A program made the position numbers and the translations under genes. Positions 46,737-58,700 of a DNA stretch of 64,000 nt are shown in pieces; the first letter of the stretch is position 1, and each line of letters starts with the position of its first letter. Source of the stretch: Octopus sinensis (Eukaryota); NCBI RefSeq assembly GCF_006345805.1, contig NC_043006.1:27962001-28026000 (forward strand). Reading direction: 5' to 3'. The notes under the pieces were generated by a model that worked only from the letters and a program-made list of their open reading frames with translations, searched no databases and was not told where the DNA came from.

Positions 46737-46771
<35 letters not shown>

Positions 46772-49700
46772 GAGACAGACACAAAGACACACACACACAC
46801 ACATAAATATAGATATATACATATAATCTAGCAAATACCAAAGTCTTAATAAGTAGGAGAGCAGACAAATCACAAATCCCTTCAATTAGATGGCTCTGCT
46901 TGATCTGTAGAAAAGGCATAGAAACTCCATTAGATGTACCTGGGGCAAGCTTTGGACACATTAGAGGTGCAGCAATATCAGAAGAGGGTTAACAGGGAAA
47001 ATAGCTTTTGTATGTGGAAGGTGCACTAGTATAGTTAACACTAAAAATGTACAGAAAAAAGACTCCATCAAATGCCAGCGGGGAAAACTGGAAGTAGTTG
47101 ATAGCTTCTGTTACCTAGGTGATCAAGCAGCAGTGGATGCTCTGAAAGCATAGCTGCTAGAATAAAAATATGCTAGGCAAAGTTCAGAGAGCTCCTTCCT
47201 CTGTTGGTAACAAAGGACCTCTCACTCAGAGTGAAAGGCAGATTGTATGATGACTGTGAACAGCCATGCTACACAGCAGTGAAACATGGACTGCAACTGC
47301 TGAGGAAATGCGTAGGCTTGAAGGAAATGAAGCTTGTATGCTTTGTTGGATGTGCAATGTCAGTGTGCATGCATGACAGAGTGTAAGCGTCTTGAGAGAA
47401 AAGTTGGGCATAAGAGGCATCAGATGTGGTGCAAGAGACATGACTGTACTGGTATGGTCATGTGATGTGTATGGACGAGGAGAGCTGTGTGAAGAAGGGC
47501 TGTAATCTAATGGTGGAAGGAACCTGTGGAAGAGGTAGACCCAGGAAGACATGGAACGAGGTGGTGAAGCACAATCTTCAAATGCTGGGCTTCACAGAGG
47601 CAATGACAAGTAACCAAGACCATTGGCAATATGCCATGTTTGAGAAGACCCATCAAGCCAGGTGAAATAGTCATGGCCGATGCCAGTGTCACATGTGCTG
47701 GTGGCACATAAGAAGAACCCACTACACTCTTAGAGTAGTTGGCATTAGAAAGGGCATCCAGCCATAGAAACCACGCCAAATCAAATTGGAATCTGGTGCA
47801 ACTCCCCAGCTTACCAGTTTTCAGTCAAACTGTCCAACCCATGCCGGCATGGAAAAGAGATGTTAAATGATGATGATGATATATACGAAAGGCTTCTTTC
47901 AGTTTTCATTTACCAAATCCACTCACAAGGATTTGGTCAGCTTGAAGCTACAGTAGAAGATACTTGCCCAAGGTGCCATGCAGTTGGACTGAACCCAGAA
48001 CCATGTGTTTGGGAGGTAAGCTTCTTACCACATACTTATTTAAAATGCACCCATACTGGCACCATGTAAAGAGCACCCATGTTGGCACCACATAAGAAGT
48101 ACAAGGTGCCTTTATAAAATGTGGGTTTGCTACATATCTCCTCTACAGCAAGACACACATGCTTGTCCCTCTATCATACTTTAACCGTTTAACATCTGGC
48201 ATAAATCCATCTCCTCCTACTCTCAAATACATTGCTCACTCAGTTGAGGGGGCCTTTTATTTTTCTTTTCTTGTTTGACAAGTAACTTGCCACCAACCTC
48301 AGTAATGCCTGTGGCATGACAAAAAGCAGTAAGAACACAATGTAAAGTGGTGGGCATCTAGCCATAGAAATCAAGCCAAAATTCATGTTGGAACTTGATG
48401 CAGTCTTGCAGCTCACTGGATCCTGTCAAACCATCCAGCTCATGCCAACATAGAAAATGGATATGATGATGATGATGATGATAAATTCCATATTCATATA
48501 GAGGCTGGAATTTATATAGGGGCTGATAAAGCAGGTACTTAACACCATATAGTGCAAGGCAGTTTCCACCATTTACAGTGCTTGGAAGCTTTCATATTCT
48601 TGAGTGGTAGGCAGCTTCTTCTTTTCCTAACTAAGGTCTTTCTAATTTTACACATTGTTCTAATCAAAAGTCACTTAATTGGTTTTCAATGAGGATTACA
48701 GTCTCTTCACTAAAGATAATAAATTTCAAAGGAACAAACTGAAATGTGATGCTTCAATAGAAATTTAACCAAATTTCTTCATTTTACATATTACTATCAG
48801 TTACACAGGTGCAGGTGTAGCTGTGTGGTTGGGAAATTTATTCCTCAATGACATGGTTTCAAGTTCAGTTGCACTGCCTGGCACCTTGGACAGGTGTCTT
48901 CTGCTATAGCCCTAGAACAACCAATGCCTTGTGACTGGATTTGATAGCCAAAAGCTGAAAGAAGTTCTTTGTGTGTGTGAGTTTTTGTATCGCTTTGTTT
49001 TGACATCGTGCAATAGTTGTGAGTGTGACTGTCATACAAGCAGTGTTGTTTCAATATTTTACAAAAACATATCTGGTCATGGGGAAATGTTAACTTGATT
49101 GGAAACAAGTGAGGGTTGATGACAGGAAGGGCATCCAGTCAGAGAAATTCTGATTCAATAAATTCTGACCAACCCATGGGAAAGTGAACATTAAAACAAG
49201 AATGATGATGATGATTACAACTAAATTAGCTTCATTACTCGCACTAAATTTATTTTCAAAGTTAGAACTAAAGAAATGTTAAAATGATTAACAAAAAGGA
49301 AAATGATCAAATATTTTATAAGAAAATTGTTCAAACCTGCATAGCAATTTCTCGACCAAGTTCTTCAGCTTTCAGATAAGCAGCATCTCCGGCATCATTT
49401 TGTTCAACAGCATGATTTACCAAACCAATTGCAGCGGCTTGATTGCCATCAAGAACACGAGATGAGAAAATCAATTCTTTAGCAAGTGATGGTCCAACAA
49501 CTCGAGCCAACCTCTGAGTACCACCTGAAGAAATATATTTTAAGTAATAAGCATTTATTTATTTCTATTTCTTTACTACCCACAAGGGACTAAACACAGA
49601 GAGGATAAACAAGGACAGACACATAGATTAAGTCGATTATATCGACACCAGTGCGTAACTGGTACTTATTTAATCGACCCCGAAAGGATGAAAGGCAAAG

Positions 49701-52700
49701 TCGACCTTGACGGAATTTGAACCCAGAATGTAACAGCAGACGAAATACGGCTACACATTTTGCCCGGCGTGCTAATGTCTTCGCCATGGTATAAATAAAA
49801 CTAGAATAAACAGATATAAATATTTATTTTATCTATGAAAATATATTTTAGCTTATAGAAGAAAAAAATAACAAACTATAGTATATCATTACTGGGAAAT
49901 TCAAATACAAGTAATTAAAACAATATATATATATATATATATATGTAAAATACACAATATACATTAAGTGAAGCTAAAATACTATAATTTAATCTATATA
50001 CATTAAAGTATTTATTTATTTATTTAATAAATATCTAAGTTAAATCTTATTCTAATTAAGTAACATATGCTAAAAAACTTCATGCTAACTTATATACATA
50101 ATACTACTACAAACTATGACTACAAGAATTAAAAATAGAAAAATGGTTCAAATATATACACACAAATTAGTTAAAACTTACTATATAATTAATTTATATA
50201 TAGATTTAATATTACACCCACTTATAGAATTAACCAAAGTTTCAATTATTATTAAAAGTATTTACTTAAATGCAATATTACATAACAAATAAAATTCCTA
50301 CCTATTAGATAAGATTTTAACTTACAAAACTATTTCACAATGTAAATTATATGTAATACGTTAATTCACAAGATAATAACAATAATAAAAATGATAAGTA
50401 AATAAAATATATGTATCGTAACTAATAATTATCAAATAACAATATAGAAATTAATATTTTTACAATAATAATCAAACAAAAGTCAATTCAAAATTCAATA
50501 CTATTGTTATAAAAATTCATTACTTATCTTATCAAAGAAAAATTTTTAACTGAATTTTATACATAAAAATGTAGGCCTTAGCATTTATAAGAAATTTAAC
50601 TCGTGAAGATGTTGCGTAAAAAAATAGAATAAATGTATAGAAATATGTATTATATTAATGAAAATGATGAAATACATTTAAGCTTCTCAAATCATAGAAT
50701 AAGAGAACAACAAAACTATAAATTACTATTTACTGGAAAATTTAAAGTCCAAATAATTAATATTATAATATGAAAAATATATATAATATAGTTAAATTAA
50801 TTTATATTACTATAATTAATAGATCTTCATTAATTTATATATTCATTTAATTATTAAGAAATATCCCAAGTTTAAACATATTCAAATAATGTAATATAAC
50901 ATATAATATGCTAATTAATACACTAATATTACTTTAAATTATATCTACAATAAATTAGTAACATAAAATAGGGTTTTATATATACGGAAAAATTAGCTAA
51001 ACTTATTAAATAAGTAATGTAATTTATGCTTGCATTTAATTTTACGCTCATCTAGGAAATTAACCAATACATAATTATTGCTAAATAAAATTTCTTTAAA
51101 TTCATTAGTACACAATAAACAAGAATTACTACCTATACGATAAGATTTTGCCTTACAAATTCCATCGTAAGTTAATTTATATCTAATACATTGAAATTTC
51201 AGTTCTGAAATATATTTACTGAGGCCTGTAGAATTAATTAGATTTCTATTCCTAAAAGAATACAGGTGTTGAGCTACCCTTAATTTAATTTTATTCGATA
51301 GCTTTTAAATTATAATCATTCATATTATTATCAACTAGCAGTATCGCCTGGCGTTGCTCAGGTTTGTAAGGGAAATAACTATATAAGCATTTTTAGAGAG
51401 CTACTTCCCTTATATAACCCAAGCAAAAATCATTAAGAATGCGGAAAAATGATGGTAAATTTTTTTAAAATCGTAGACTCATGCTAATACCCAGAAGGGC
51501 TCGATATGAATGACGACTATAAGATATCTGCCTCTGGTTAAACTGCACCGCAAAATGTGGGAGTAGTTAGGAATCTAAATCGGAAGAGACAGAGTCTCAC
51601 ACACACAACTTGAATTTTATATATAAAGATTAAAGTTACTATACATTTATAAACTACATTATCCAAATTATATTTATTATTAAATCTATATGTAGTCTTA
51701 TCTCTACATGTACAATAAATTATATCATGGTCTTTATTATTATTATTGAAATCATTATTTAATTTATTTTTGTAGAATTTATTCAATTTAAATTTATTAA
51801 ATGAAGAAATAATATTACCAACATTATTAGTAGTCGAATAACCAACTCCAAAATTATTACTAGAAAAAATGTTATAATATTTTTTATTATCCCGAATGAA
51901 CATTTCAATTATACCTGAGCCTCAAAAGGAACAATTAACCATATTTTATTCTTATTTTTTATATTATTATTATTATTATTATATTTCTTTGTAATATTAT
52001 TAAATTTATTATCATCATTAATTGAATTAAATTTAATCTTTTATTTTTATTTCTACATTTAATAAATTTAAATTGAATAAATTCTACAAAAATAAATTAA
52101 ATAATGATTCCAATAATAATAATAAAGACCATGATATAATTTCTTACTGATAAAATGGCAAAATTTTGTTGATAATTTAGGTGCATACTTTGATTAACTG
52201 TACTGATTTCTGTTGAGATAAAGTAAAATAAACTTTCATTTCAAAATCAGACATTGCATTCTAAATGACTTTATACATTACATTAAGCTGCATTATCTTT
52301 TCTCAAGGCAATAAGTCCATAATATTTCATCTAAATGTTTTTAAGGTATCTTTCAAACAAACATTGATATCAACATTTAAGAAAAAACACAATTTCACAA
52401 ACCTCCACCAGGTATGATAGCCAACCTTGTTTCTACAAGACCCATCTTAGCGGAAGAGGCTGAAAAGAAGGCAAGAGAAGATAAGCATTAATCAATCGTT
52501 GGAGCCACGCAACAAAGATAGTCTCAGTTTCTTCCCTTTAACGAGATCTACTTACTTAAGTTAAAGGTCGCTGCAGCACTGACTGCTGTATCATTTTTAT
52601 TTAAAACACGGACAGAAGAAACTGGTTTTGTGATATCTTTGTCTTTCCTAAGAACATTTTCTTATCGCTGGAATGAAATTTTTTCACTAAAAAGTGAAAT

Positions 52701-55700
52701 TGGTTCATGACTACACACGATGGAAACAGAACTTAGAAGAAATAAGAAGTGTCTTTCTTTTTTGAAGTATTATAATCAAACGTTAATTTAATTATTTAAA
52801 AAAATAATTTATAATCGATATTGATATTAAATTATCATCCTTACTAGAATATAAATGACGAATTGTCAACATCATCATCAACATGTTTGAATATCCTTTT
52901 TATTGCCAGGCTGCTTTTCCAGCAAGGACATTTAAAAGGTTATCTGTCAGGACTAAAAAGTCATCTCTATTTTGTGGTTTAATATGTCAGAAGAAAAATG
53001 TGCATAACTTATACAACAAAACATTTTTTAATCATCATTGTTTTAATACCCACTTTTCCATGCTAGCATGAGTTGGATGGAATTCATTGAGGCAAATTTT
53101 CTTACTGGATACTTCCTTTCAACAACCCTCATCTGTTTTCAAGTAAGGTAATATTTCCTTATGACCAGACATATATTTTGAGAGAGGATTGGAAATGAAG
53201 ACTCCAGTGATGCTCATTTACATCTATAATGCCAAGACAAAATAACATTCAATTTCTGCCCATCAAATTCACTCACAAGACTTTGGTTAGCCTAAGACTA
53301 TAGTAGAACTCCGAGGTGCCATATGATAGGACTGAACTTGAAACCACATGGTTGCATTAATATTGTTAAAAAATTAAATACCTTATTCTTATTACTTTGA
53401 TAGTAACAACAACATAGTATAATAAAATCTATTTACCTGCAGTCCGCATATCACAGGCTAAAGCTAGTTCAAGACCTCCTCCAAGAGCTGGGCCATCAAT
53501 TGCAGCAATTGTTGGCATCGGAAGATTATGAATTTCAGACACCATTCCACGTAGTTTTGACACAAATGGACCAACTTCTTCAGGGCGCATTGTTGCTCGC
53601 TCTTTAAGATCAGCTCCTAAATGGGATAAATGTAAGAATCATCATCACCACCACCACCATCACCACCATCACCATCATCATCATCATCATCATCAAATGT
53701 CTATCTTCCAGGCTGGTATGGATTGGACAGCTTGACAGGATTTGACAAGCAAAACATTATCCAATGTCTGCTATGGCATGGTTTCCATAACTAATTAACA
53801 GAGTGTACAGGGCACTAGTGAGGTCACTAAGTAACTCACAAGACAAAAACCCTCAACGGAGTGGGGCTGTAGCCAGATGACGAAAGGCTAAAGAATTATA
53901 GACGGACAGGAACTGGTGTCATGTAGAGGATATACATGGCTACCCCAGCTGGAAAGAGGATAAAAAATAGAGGGGATGAGGAGTCAGGATATACTTTCAG
54001 GGTACAAGAAGTGAATATAAGATAAAATAGGGACAGGTGGATATAATAGAAAACAGGGAGAGGTGAATATAAGAGAGAACAGGGAAACAAGGAGAGGTGG
54101 ATATAAGAGAGAACAGGGACAGAGATATGAGGATGGGGATAAAAGTGAATGTAGTGAATGTAGAACATGAGTGGAGACATAGTCAATGGTGAGTGCTAGC
54201 TTGGAGGGGTGTTAAGTGGCAGTAATTATATGGGGTTGGTGGAGAGCAACAGTATAATAAAACTGTAAATAGATGCAAAGTGAGGAGATGTTGTGAAGGG
54301 TGGGGTTGTCTGAGAGGGGGAAGTCAAAAGGATGTAGTTGTGGATATGGTGAATGACAAACAAAGGTGGATTGGATGTTGATGGCAGATATGAGAGTAAT
54401 TCAGAGAAAGTATAGTGGCAAGGAAAGATATTCAAGAATGTGGGATGGGTGGCAAGGGAAGTGGTTCCAAGGAGGGGGATTACTGGTAGCACAAAAAGGG
54501 GATGCGTAGTTTAGCTCTCATATAATTACAGCAGCTGAGTGAATAGCACTATAGTTAGAAGAGTGATGGAAAGCTAGGTGGTAAGAAGATGAGTTGTGGA
54601 GAAGGCATGACAGGGGAATACTTGGATGCATTTTTTACTGGGATTTTTTACAGACAGGAACAAACATATGAATTTTGTTAGTGGACTTATAGTTAGCAGA
54701 ACTAAATTTAGCGGAAGCTAATTGGTCCACTAACAGTTTCCACAGTTAGTGAACACACTAAACAAAAAGTTAGCTTCGCTAATTAGCTGTTAGCAGATTA
54801 GTGGAACCATGCCCACTACTGCCTATAAGGTATATTAATCTTTCGAGGTAAAGTGACTGAATAAAGTGTTTAGTAGAGGATCTATGAGATGGAAAACAAT
54901 AGATTAAGAGTAAATACAATGATATGTAGAGTAATACCTTTCACAATACAATACTACAGCATCTAAAAATAAAAGATTTCAATGAATAGCAACTGAAGAA
55001 TTACCTGCACAAAAGATCCCTGGAACACTGCTGCGAATGATTAATGTTCTGATAGACTTGTCAAATTTCACAGTTTCTATGGCAGTGGTTAACTGTAAAA
55101 CAAATTGAAACTCCTTCTATAGATAACTTTGATTACACAATTAACAGTTTTTATTGACCTCTTACAATTTGTTTAGTAAGTTGATCATTAAAGTCTTAGA
55201 ACAAAAATGAAAGGTTCATGCTCTGGATGTAGCTGGTTGTGTAAAAGAATACTAAATGTAACCACTTCTCAAATGCACAAACATTACAAAATGGCTGTGT
55301 GATCATAAGATGATGAACTACAGATCAAACAAATATTGAGTTCAAACCTTACTACAACCACCATCAAGTAATTTCTGAATGAGTTGTATTATTCTTCTTG
55401 TGACAGTTTTACTTGTTGATTTTTTAGAAATTTTTACTCTACATTTGGCTAATTAGCAATGTAGTAGGAAACACAATTGATCCAGCATTTGGATCAAGGA
55501 TAACTGTCAGGTAGGAAAAACAAGATATTTCTAAAAAGCAAAGCTGTTTTAATGGATCTGGATAACAGATGGAAAATTTACCTCATTAATCATACTTTTA
55601 CTGAAGGAATTTTTAGCTTTGGGTCGGTTCATTGAAAAAACAGCAATACCTGGAACAAAGAAATATGAAACAAAGAATTAACTGGAAAGTAATAGAGATA

Positions 55701-58700
55701 TTTTTCAGTTGACTTAAAAACAGAAACTTTCTTAATTAACTAAATTTAGAAGCCTCATCATTACCATGATCTATATGAATCTTCAACAAAATGGCAGAGC
55801 TTTGTGGAAATTCTATAAGCTGGATTGTAGATAGAAGAGTTAAAAAACAAATTAAAAACCAAAACCATTGGTGGTCTGAACTTTGAGCTTGAATTGTATC
55901 AATGCTGATTTTGATTTTCTATAAAGTTTTTTATCAACTTAAATTCTATTTCTTTCTTTTTCCATCATCATTGTTTTAAATGTCCACTTTTCATGCTTGG
56001 AAGGATCGGATGGGATTTCCTGAGGTAATTTTTCTATGGTTGAAAGCCCTTTCTGTCACCAACCCTCACAAGCTTCTAAATAAGGTAATATTTCCCATGA
56101 GGAGACATGTTTTTTTATAGAGGACTGGAAACAAACAACATCACTTGTATGAGAGTGATGCATCTTTGTGTCATGTAATGTTAAGAAGAGGGTGCATATT
56201 TACATGTACACCCACATACACATGCATATATACATGTGTGTGTACATACACATGATAAGCTTTCTCTAGTTTCAATCAAACAAGTCTACTTACAAGTCTT
56301 TGGTTGGCCTGGGGTGCCCTGAGTTCCCTGCAGTGGGATTGAATTAAAAACCATTTGGTTCTCAATCATACTACAGCATTATGCTTCAGAAATCTGTTAG
56401 GTAGATGACAATCCTAAAACTGTTGTTTTAAGTAGAATTGTGTTGAGGAAGGATTCCAACCACCCCCATGTGATCAAAAGTGAACTGACACATTTCAGTA
56501 AAATAAAGAAATGCTGAGTTGACAGCAGCAATTGATTGTGAGCATTTGGTATAGTGTTGAGCCTCGTATAAGAGTAATGGTTATTATGTCGTATGAATAT
56601 TCTCCCCACCCCGCCAGCCGCCCTTCATTAAATTATTTACCCAACACCATGATATAAAAATTGTTATGAGAAACAAATAGAGAAAGAAAATATGAGCGGG
56701 TGTTATCATTTTGTAGCAAAACATGTGATAGTCAGTAATATGACACAGTACAGGAAGTTATTAAACACCTTGTAAATCAATATGCAAAAGTTGTTACAAG
56801 CATTAGTTTCCTTCACGAATGTCATAATGAAGAAAGTCAACTGTGTGCAGAAAGAATCAGAAGGCAATAATTTCTTGTTATGTTCTAATAAAACAATTTA
56901 TTTTACAGACTTTTAGAATGCTGAACAATTGTGTGCAACAAGGACTTTTACTGTATACAAACATTAAATTTCAGAACTCAGTCTGATGAGCATATAGTGG
57001 AAGATATGAATAGATTTGGTTTCGCTTACTACATTTTTACATGAGCTCAACTGCCTTAAAGATCATCATCATCGTTTAACGTCCGCTTTCCATGCTAGCA
57101 TGGGTTGGATGATTTTGACTGAGGGCTGGCGAACCAGATGGCTGCACCAGGCTCCAATCTTGATCTGGCAGAGTTTCTACAGCTGAATGCACTTCCTAAT
57201 GCCAACCACTCTGAGAGTGTAGTGCGTGCTTTTTTACGTGCCACCAGCACAGGGGCCAGTCAGGCGGTACTGGCAATGACCTCGCTCGAATCTTTTTACA
57301 TGTGCCAGTGAAGCGACGTTGGTAATGATCACGCTCGAATGGTGCCCTTTTATGTGCCACAGGTACGAAAGCCAGTTGGCTGCTCTGGCAACGATCACAC
57401 TCGGATGATGCTCTTGGCACCCTCCTAGCACATGCACAAGTGCCAGTAAGGCGACGCTGGTAACGATAATACTCGAATGGTGCCCTTTTATGTGCCACTG
57501 GCATGGAAGCCGGTTAGCCGCTATGAAGCAGGATATAAATTCCATAGTACAGATGCTAGTGCTGCTGAAGAGATCAAGTTCTGCAAGCCAGATAAATTGG
57601 TATAAATAAACTCATTGCAGCATACAACTTGAATGTCAAGTGAAAAATTGGGTATGAAGAGTCAGAGTTGTTCAGGATAACTTATCAACCCATGAACATA
57701 ATAACCAGGAAAGCGAACAGGTTTTCTTTCCATGTTCTGGATGAGGCTGATAGAATGAGAAGCTTCAAATGACGTGGTTGACTGTCCAACATACTGCCAG
57801 CAACTGAATTAATATTCTGTTTGAAGGTGCATTCTAGCCTGGGACAGAAGTTGTCTGAATCCCTACAATGCCAACACTACCTGTTTAGTGCCTGTCCAAA
57901 CAACTAACTCATGCTCCAGTAAAAAAGCAGTTTTATCATGTCTTACTACAATTTATTATATTGCCAGAGTCACAATAGTATGAAGTTATTTTGGTTTCGC
58001 TTTATCAATGAATTTGCATATAGACAGTAACAGTATTGATTCCATCAATGTCAGATGGTGGTGTAGTGGTATATTTCAGTAACATATACACAGTCAAATT
58101 AGTTTTAACTTGCCTTTTGAAGCAACACAGTACTCCATGGTGGAATTTTGTAGCAATTTGCATGATATTTATTATAGTTAGTTACTCCAGCAAAATTGTT
58201 ACAGACATTGGAAAGTTGGTCAAGATAAAAATCAGTGTTGGTGCATCAAGTTTTCAGGTTTAAATCCAACTGGAATTGAATTTGATTTTCATTTCAGCAG
58301 AAGGAATACAAGTTACAATGTCTGCTGAAACCTTTCATTGCACCCTACCTTTCATTTGAACAAAGTTCCTACAAACTGAAGCAATACAACAATCATTAAT
58401 AAACTGGATAAGGCAATCATGTTTTCTTGTTTAGCTTCATCTAATTTTTTGCAAAGAGAGTTTAAGTAGGACTACACCAGCTAAAGTGTCCTTTGCTTTT
58501 TAAGATGGCAGATTTGGTTGCTACTTTTAGCAAATTGATCGACCATGGGAAGGTTCCTTTATTGATCTAAGTCCACTGCATAGCACTTTGGGTAAGTGCC
58601 TTCAAGCATAAGTCCTGGGCCAACCAATGGCTTGTGAAACTGTATGGAAGGGTGTCGACACCCACATTGCATTTTCTAGTTTCCGAAATTTTAAATCAGT

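Noticed and set aside
50598-50660. GTGAAGA...GAAATATGTATT hammerhead-like string in the AT-rich PLE
   Set aside because: G3/G8 mismatch, poor stems I and II, and antisense to the ORF.
49790-52145. Nuclear mitochondrial insertion (control-region NUMT) suggested by extreme AT content and A/C skew
   Set aside because: No recognisable mt tRNA, rRNA or protein motifs were found, and minus-strand translation instead gives ordered Penelope-like GIY-YIG motifs.
56980-57015. CTGATGAGCATAT...ATATG hairpin
   Set aside because: It lacks C11.1-GAAA and stems I/III.
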